Part shown: positions 25,238-30,795 of the stretch, in pieces | Layout: each line of letters starts with the position of its first letter | How positions within the stretch are numbered: the first letter of the stretch is position 1 | IMG/VR virus record: IMGVR_UViG_3300048629_000053 | Span: 1 to 30,795 of that record | DNA: 30,795 nt | Direction: 5' to 3' (one strand) | Source of the DNA: a virus | Lineage: Duplodnaviria; Caudoviricetes | Position numbers and translations under genes: made by a program | Notes under the pieces: model-generated | The model's database searches: none | What the model was told of the DNA's origin: nothing | The model's input: the letters and a program-made list of their open reading frames with translations, nothing else

Positions 25238-26062
25238 TTAACTCCTAACGGATAATGAGCTGCGCTGGAAAATGCGGATGCCAGGTATATTGACGTTTTC
25301 GCCGCCTTTTGACTTGATTTCGGCCTCGATTGCTTTGTTGTCTAACACTAGGTACCTGATGGGCACCTGCTCAATATCCTCTAATTCAATTGTCCAGAGC
25401 TGTTTTTCACTGATGCCCTCCGGCAGCTCGGGCACTTCCGGCAGCTCAAAACGCTGTCCGTCATAGGGCATCGCGTGCACCGGCGTTGTCATTAAACGCG
25501 CACGCTCCTCACGTTGCTGTTCCACATACTCTGTAATTTTGCCTTTAACTAAGGCCTCGAATTTTTCCAGCTCTTTGATACCAGGCTTAAACAGGCTGAG
25601 GATTTTTTTGTGCGCATCATATGCCGGTTTTGAGTATTCCGATTGCAGCTTTTTTAATTTTTTAAGCCTTCCTTTGGCCTCCTTGAGCAACGCGCCGAAC
25701 ATGTCTAGGGATTCTTGGTCCCAGATTTCGATTTCGGCGACCGCCTTGCGTTGCGCTATCGCGTCCACGCGCTCTGCCTCTGCAATGTCCTCAGGTGATA
25801 AATCTTCGGCCTGGAGGTCCTCCTGTGCATCCTCAGCGGGGAGCACTTCAACAAAAGGCTCTTCTATCGTATCTTGTTGTGTAGAGGCCTTTATTTCTTG
25901 CTCCTCTTGCCCAACTTCCGCTTTTTCCTCTTTTGTTAATTTTGCAAAATGGTGCTCGCAAAACTGCATTCCATTCCCGCAAATGATGGTTGTAGGCTCT
26001 TTGCAGCGCACCGCGTCACACTGTCCGTCAACTGAGGTTTTTACCAGATTAAATTTTTTCAT
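25238..26062 (-). CDS. Gam / siphovirus Gp157-like coiled-coil protein with N-terminal Cys/His motif
   Basis: C-terminal W.I...D...VP..YL..D...I...I......IPG.RI motif; central coiled coil; probable start 26062 (TAATG overlap). Confidence 0.65.
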   Translation of the reverse strand: MKKFNLVKTSVDGQCDAVRCKEPTTIICGNGMQFCEHHFAKLTKEEKAEVGQEEQEIKASTQQDTIEEPFVEVLPAEDAQEDLQAEDLSPEDIAEAERVDAIAQRKAVAEIEIWDQESLDMFGALLKEAKGRLKKLKKLQSEYSKPAYDAHKKILSLFKPGIKELEKFEALVKGKITEYVEQQREERARLMTTPVHAMPYDGQRFELPEVPELPEGISEKQLWTIELEDIEQVPIRYLVLDNKAIEAEIKSKGGENVNIPGIRIFQRSSLSVRS

Positions 26063-26541
26063 TATTTTCCCTTTTCCCATGCCCAGAAGGCAATTCCGAG
26101 CGCGTCAATAGCGTGCTCCTGTTTTGATTTTGGTATGCAATGCAGTAAATCCAGCGCTTTTAAACCTGCCCGTGTGAGCGTGCGCTTGTGATTGATATTT
26201 TTTGGCATGCTGCCCTTCCAATCCCGAGGCGTCGGCAGTATTGACCACGTAAAAAAGGCCGAAGCTACCCCGACCAAAAAACCTACTTTTAGAATATCGT
26301 TAGGGTTGCCTGGGTTTTGCATCCGGCTGTAAATTACAGGCATCTCGATCACACCGAGTGATATACCTCTTATATTAGCATCAATTACCTTTTCGAGATT
26401 ATAGGAAAGCTCGGCCGACATCTCGTTTAGATTTTTGCTCTTGAGGGTAACGACCGATAGCTGTACAGGCTCGCCGTTTTTTAAAACGGCGATACCTGTA
26501 TTACGGCCTGGGTCGATACCTATTATGAGGTTATTTTTCAT
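26062..26541 (-). CDS. RuvC-like Holliday junction resolvase
   Basis: IIGIDPG..TGIA, VIEMP, P..WK, H..DALGIA catalytic pattern. Confidence 0.85.
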   Translation of the reverse strand: MKNNLIIGIDPGRNTGIAVLKNGEPVQLSVVTLKSKNLNEMSAELSYNLEKVIDANIRGISLGVIEMPVIYSRMQNPGNPNDILKVGFLVGVASAFFTWSILPTPRDWKGSMPKNINHKRTLTRAGLKALDLLHCIPKSKQEHAIDALGIAFWAWEKGK

Positions 26542-26716
26542 TCTGAGTTCTTTTCAACATCTCGGCAGCCTCGAAAAAATCGGCCGCGTCGTAGTACACC
26601 TCGCCGCCTCCGGAAAATTCAAGTCTAATAAAACCTTTTGTTTTTGATATGTAGGTTACGTCAAAAGACTCTTCCGAATCTGGCTCGCCAAAATCATCAA
26701 GTAAAATTTTCAACAT
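26531..26716 (-). CDS. small acidic hypothetical protein
   Basis: GGAGG before ATG 26716; first gene after a predicted promoter. Confidence 0.55.
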   Translation of the reverse strand: MLKILLDDFGEPDSEESFDVTYISKTKGFIRLEFSGGGEVYYDAADFFEAAEMLKRTQNEK

Positions 26717-26739
26717 TTCCGCCTCCATTTGTTCATAAA

Positions 26740-26768
26740 ATACTACCAGATTTTTAGTAATAAAACAA
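26740..26768 (-). promoter_or_regulatory. putative sigma70-type promoter for the RuvC-to-amidase gene block
   Basis: minus strand TTGTTT (26768-26763), 17 bp, TAGTAT (26745-26740) with TG one base upstream (extended -10); AT-rich UP-like tract at 26769-26786. Confidence 0.6.
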
Positions 26769-26786
26769 CTAAAAAATTAATTTATT

Positions 26787-28679
26787 TTAGGGTGTCCAGG
26801 GTACTAAAAGCCCGTTTTCGTCAAAAACAGGTTCGGCGTTTTTGCTCCAAACGCGCATTAAAACGGCATCCGTCCCGGTCGGAAAATCAGGTGTAAATTT
26901 GTTAAATTCGGCTTGCATAACCTCCTCGAATTCCTGAGCTGCCGGTTGATAAATTTCCGGCCTATCGTCGATTTCGAGAATTACCTCGTCATGCACAAAA
27001 TTGACTAAACGGGCACCGTATAAACTAGATTCGGGCTCAGAATAACAGCGCCTTGACACCTCGCAAAGCGCCGCCTTTGCGCCATCGGCGGCGAGGGCCT
27101 GAAAAGGCGTGTTACAGGCTGCCGGGAATGTGCCTACTTTACGCAACCGGCGCGAGTAGGGAATCTCGATTACAACCTCACCGCCCGCACCTAAAATCTG
27201 TTGGTTGTACTCAAAATATTCGGGCATTTCCGGAAATGTTTCCATCCAGGCATTTCGCAGCGCTTTTGCGTCCGCGAAATCCCAGAAAACTTCCGCCTGC
27301 TTTATCTGGTTTTGAATAAATGTACCGACGCCCATGCCTCCAGGAAAACCGAAATTTGCAGCTTTTGCGTCCTGCCGCGCTTTTTTCGCTGCTTTTGCTG
27401 TTTTGTTTTTTGCCCTTAAGCGTTTGAGCATCTCGCCATAATCAATATCAATCAGAGTTGCGCCGAGGCGGGCGTGCGGGTCGTCGCCTCTATTCAGCGC
27501 CTCGCCGAGTTTGGTATGGCCTAATCTCAGCAAACAAACCTGCGCCAACGTGTGCAATTCAGCACCCGAAAAGTCGGCTGCTAAAAAAACTTTACCAAGG
27601 CGGGGCCGGAATGTTTCCCGAATACCGCCTTTTCTCGGGGCGTTTTGCAGATTGCCTCCGATCAAGGGTTTACTGGGAGCGCGTGAGGTAGTCCGCCCGG
27701 TCGCGGCCATATCAAACCGGGTCGAAATAGGCCCTGAAATACCTGCCTCTAACACAGGCACGTAAGTCGAGAGCATTTTTTCCGCAGTTATATATTTTGT
27801 GCGGTCCAGCATTACCGGGTCGCGTGCAATTAAACATGCTGTTTTGTCAGTAGATATTTTGCCTGAGGCGGTTAGGGGAGGCTCAATTCCACGCTTTTCG
27901 CACGCGACGCGAATGCGCTCTTGCGCAGGTTTTTGCTTTTTTACACCGTTGACAATAAGGCCCTGAGCCTCAAGAGCAGGCAATAAATCGCTTTTTTGCC
28001 GCTCAAAATCAGCCCGGCAGGCATCGACGGCTTTTGCATCCGTGCGCATACCAGTGGCTGATATAAGATTTAAACAAAATGCCGCGTATGTCTGAAATGC
28101 GTCATCCCTCAAAAATTCAGAGACGCCCTGCTCCTGCTCGTTCCAGATTCTCCACGTCGTCAGCGCGTCCTGTTTTGCGTAGCTGATAGCGGCCTCGGGC
28201 CAGTCATCTACCGTTATTCCGTCCAGCTCGGAATACCTTAAACGCCATGGGTCACCCTTACGCACACTTCCCGCCTTGCCCGTCATTTTTTCATCTAAAA
28301 TCAACTCGCTCAGGGAGGCCAGCGAGTAGATTTTTAGTTTATCACCCGCAAAAACACGTCCATAGGCAATATCAAAAAGTTGCTGTCGTAGCATTACATC
28401 GGTGACACGGCCTTTTTTATACGCGGTAAAAATTAGAGGCAATAACTCAGGATATGCGGCTCCTAAAACACCGAAATCATACGCAATATTGGCACCTACA
28501 AAACATGTTTCTTTGTCCTCTAATGCCTCAACAAAAAATTCGCGTAACAGGTCGCCGCGAGTCAGCAAAAGAACATCGCCGGGGTCAGCCCCGGCCGCGA
28601 ACGTGGCGCAAACCAGACGCGGTAGGGGCTCCCAGCGAGAGATCAAATGCGTTTCAGTATCAAACGCAAGAGTCCTCAT
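26787..28679 (-). CDS. DNA polymerase family A with 3'-5' exonuclease
   Basis: ExoI FDTET, ExoII GANIAYD, ExoIII YAKQDA; ATGRTTS..NLQN; motif A ADFSGAEL, motif B RQDAKAANFG, motif C FVHDE; probable start ATG 28679. Confidence 0.95.
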   Translation of the reverse strand: MRTLAFDTETHLISRWEPLPRLVCATFAAGADPGDVLLLTRGDLLREFFVEALEDKETCFVGANIAYDFGVLGAAYPELLPLIFTAYKKGRVTDVMLRQQLFDIAYGRVFAGDKLKIYSLASLSELILDEKMTGKAGSVRKGDPWRLRYSELDGITVDDWPEAAISYAKQDALTTWRIWNEQEQGVSEFLRDDAFQTYAAFCLNLISATGMRTDAKAVDACRADFERQKSDLLPALEAQGLIVNGVKKQKPAQERIRVACEKRGIEPPLTASGKISTDKTACLIARDPVMLDRTKYITAEKMLSTYVPVLEAGISGPISTRFDMAATGRTTSRAPSKPLIGGNLQNAPRKGGIRETFRPRLGKVFLAADFSGAELHTLAQVCLLRLGHTKLGEALNRGDDPHARLGATLIDIDYGEMLKRLRAKNKTAKAAKKARQDAKAANFGFPGGMGVGTFIQNQIKQAEVFWDFADAKALRNAWMETFPEMPEYFEYNQQILGAGGEVVIEIPYSRRLRKVGTFPAACNTPFQALAADGAKAALCEVSRRCYSEPESSLYGARLVNFVHDEVILEIDDRPEIYQPAAQEFEEVMQAEFNKFTPDFPTGTDAVLMRVWSKNAEPVFDENGLLVPWTP

Positions 28680-28680
28680 G

Positions 28681-29163
28681 TTATTCACCAATCCCAAACG
28701 CAGCCAAATCCTCGTCCGTGGCTACCCTGCGCCATGCGTGATAAGTAAAATCGCCTCCCGCCCTTGTTTTTTTGTTGAACACCTCAAGTAGCATTTTGGT
28801 CCCGGCGAGTGCATTATCATCCAGCACCTGTTCCGCGATGGCCTCCCACTCGGCATCCGTTTTATCCGCCGCTTTTGTAGCAAAAACGGCCTCCATGAAC
28901 GCCATCCAGGTATTACGGGCGATGTCGCGCTTGTCGCCGTCGGCTTTCCAAATATGCGCAGCGATTTCGCCCTCTTTCGGTGCCTCGTTGGACTCGGTGT
29001 GTTTTGAGGCCAGCACTTTTGTCTCGATTACAAAGCTGTCGCCCTTGTAACCGCCCGAGTTAAATTTCACTGCCTGAATCTCTACAACGTAGTTCCCAGG
29101 CTGGAACCATTTTGACTGTGTGAAAGGCGAGGCCTTGCTGAGGTCTTTAAAAAAGTTTCCCAT
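28681..29163 (-). CDS. putative single-stranded DNA-binding protein
   Basis: between helicase and polymerase; PG.Y.V.I..V...F..E..V beta-rich OB-like pattern. Confidence 0.55.
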   Translation of the reverse strand: MGNFFKDLSKASPFTQSKWFQPGNYVVEIQAVKFNSGGYKGDSFVIETKVLASKHTESNEAPKEGEIAAHIWKADGDKRDIARNTWMAFMEAVFATKAADKTDAEWEAIAEQVLDDNALAGTKMLLEVFNKKTRAGGDFTYHAWRRVATDEDLAAFGIGE

Positions 29164-30795
29164 TGATATTCTCCATGTAATCGGCCAGATTCAATTTTTG
29201 TTGCTGGCCTGTAATGCGCTCGATGTATTCGGCATCGGCGCGTGCTTGTGCAAAGTTTTTTTGTGTTGTTTGAGTTTGGGTTAGTACTATCACTGTAACC
29301 TCGTCCTCGGTTTGGCCTTGTCGGTGGGTACGCCCGAGCATTTGCTCCCAACGTGCACCCGAGGAGGGAGGTGATAGCACTAAATTATTGCTAAATTTTG
29401 CCTGTAAATTAAGGCCCTCAGAGCACGCGGCTATTGATAACGCTGCGGGGCCTGAGTCATGATCATAAATATGTCTTCTTTGTGCTGTTTTCGCCTCCTG
29501 TCGATAATAAGGTATTCCATAATTTCGCTCTAAGGCCTCGCCGACGGCGACGTGCTCTACCCAGATAGCACCACCGAACCGCGAAACGTTGTCAAGCAGA
29601 TTTTTAGAGATCCAAACGGCCTCCGTCTCGGGCGTATAAGTTGGTTTGATTTCGAGCCACTCCCGAACCGCACCACTATCCGCCCGGTCACTAAACACCT
29701 GCCCAGGTGTGTCCAACGTCCGCGAGCGTGCCAGCACGCCGCGAATGTACGAGGAACAGGCCGAGCGCTTTTCGAGCCACTCCGCCGGGGCACCTTCCTT
29801 CCAGCGATAGTAAAAACCTTGGGATAGCTCAACCGCATGACGCCAAAAATCGGCCGCCTCGTTTAGCTCCGTCCCGTCAGGCGTCTCCCAGCGCTCAATC
29901 AGCACTTTTAAAGCATCCGCGACGGCGGCGGATGTTGGCGATGTTACTCTGTCAATCAGTAATGATATGCCCAAATCGTCAGCATGAGCGGAAATTATGC
30001 CCTCCACGTTTCTGATTTTCCTTCCGAAACCCTCACGGATTTTGTTGTAAATATGGTTCTCGTCAGGCGCATCCGCGAACTCTGTCAGCGCACCCACCGG
30101 CCGCCTTATTTTGACTTTTTCGTCGAGTGCCTCAGACCATGTTACAGTCTCTCTAAAATCATTCGGCAGCACTGAGCGCTCGGGGCCTAGTGCCCAAAAT
30201 TGCAAATGCCACCAATCAACAAAAGAGCGGGTCGTTATTGTTCCCGATAGAGGTATAAACACCATTGATTCCGCGTTTTTGCAGTACCTGTACAGGCGTT
30301 TAGTAACACCCGATTTAGGGTTTTTGAGTTTCTGGCATTCGTCCGCTATTATCATATCAGGCGCTATTTCGCTCAATATTTCAGGCCGCGTCGATACCGT
30401 CTCATAGCTCAAAACCTCTAAATTATCCGAGCCTTTCCAGTGCTCTCGTAGCTCAGCAAACTCGATACGTGTTTTTTCTCGCAATTTTGCTGGTATTAAA
30501 AGCAGAGGTTTTTTCACGTCCGGGAACAATTTAGGCATTAGATAGGTTACTAATGTTTTACCATAACCAACGGGCAGCATAATAACCGCACCGTCGCGAT
30601 CAAGGGCTTCGGCGAGCGCGAGGGCCTGGAGCGGCCTCAGTTTCATTGTCCCCTCAGTTTTTTTGAGCATATCCGTCAAAGGCCCTGCAATCGCCTCACC
30701 TGTTTGATCGGCGTCGCGCTCGGGCAAGCTCAAAATTCGGCGTAATTCAGCGGTGTTTTTTACAGCACCGCCCGCCGTCTGAGGGGTTTTCAGCA
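29147..30795 (-). CDS. superfamily 2 (SNF2-like) helicase; 5' end runs to the window edge
   Basis: LRPLQ (Q motif), PVGYGKT, IIADECQ, LSGT, SEGLNLQ, EQMLGRTHRQGQ; the frame stays open upstream of 30733 (LKTPQTAGGAVKNTAELRRIL). Confidence 0.92.
   Translation of the reverse strand, partial: LKTPQTAGGAVKNTAELRRILSLPERDADQTGEAIAGPLTDMLKKTEGTMKLRPLQALALAEALDRDGAVIMLPVGYGKTLVTYLMPKLFPDVKKPLLLIPAKLREKTRIEFAELREHWKGSDNLEVLSYETVSTRPEILSEIAPDMIIADECQKLKNPKSGVTKRLYRYCKNAESMVFIPLSGTITTRSFVDWWHLQFWALGPERSVLPNDFRETVTWSEALDEKVKIRRPVGALTEFADAPDENHIYNKIREGFGRKIRNVEGIISAHADDLGISLLIDRVTSPTSAAVADALKVLIERWETPDGTELNEAADFWRHAVELSQGFYYRWKEGAPAEWLEKRSACSSYIRGVLARSRTLDTPGQVFSDRADSGAVREWLEIKPTYTPETEAVWISKNLLDNVSRFGGAIWVEHVAVGEALERNYGIPYYRQEAKTAQRRHIYDHDSGPAALSIAACSEGLNLQAKFSNNLVLSPPSSGARWEQMLGRTHRQGQTEDEVTVIVLTQTQTTQKNFAQARADAEYIERITGQQQKLNLADYMENINGKLF

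Noticed and set aside
26787-28679. Calling the polymerase DpoZ (2-aminoadenine-specific)
   Set aside because: No purZ, datZ or mazZ in the window, and I cannot verify DpoZ signature residues
115-30407. Many antisense and alternate-frame ORFs in the track (e.g. 755-1168, 4163-4621, 12492-12929, 25539-26111, 28402-28791)
   Set aside because: They shadow well-supported genes and show no recognisable motifs
143-30795. Stop-codon reassignment, introns or inteins
   Set aside because: Genes tile cleanly under the standard code using all three stops; terminase, polymerase and helicase have ordinary lengths with no insertions

Overview
This window is about 31 kb of a tailed dsDNA phage with a contractile tail (myovirus morphotype), densely coded in two convergent arms. 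The + arm (143-23087) carries ParB-like, terminase, portal, head (DUF2213-type protease, DUF2184-type capsid), neck, sheath/tube, chaperone, tape measure, baseplate and two fibre genes. The - arm (30795 to 23084) carries an SF2 helicase, SSB-like protein, family A DNA polymerase, RuvC-like resolvase, Gam/Gp157-like protein, a lytic transglycosylase and an amidase. I found no tRNA, CRISPR array, integrase or transposase. Most notable: a recurring R-hydrophobic-D motif at head-protein boundaries (candidate maturation-protease code); an unannotated 17-aa doubly coupled mini-gene; a two-state RNA structure after the capsid stop; a gp25-LamG-FG-motif fusion followed by an inserted fibre cassette; a PolA lacking the motif B tyrosine; and a -1 frameshift in the tail chaperone. 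All family names come from recalled motifs and gene order, not database searches.
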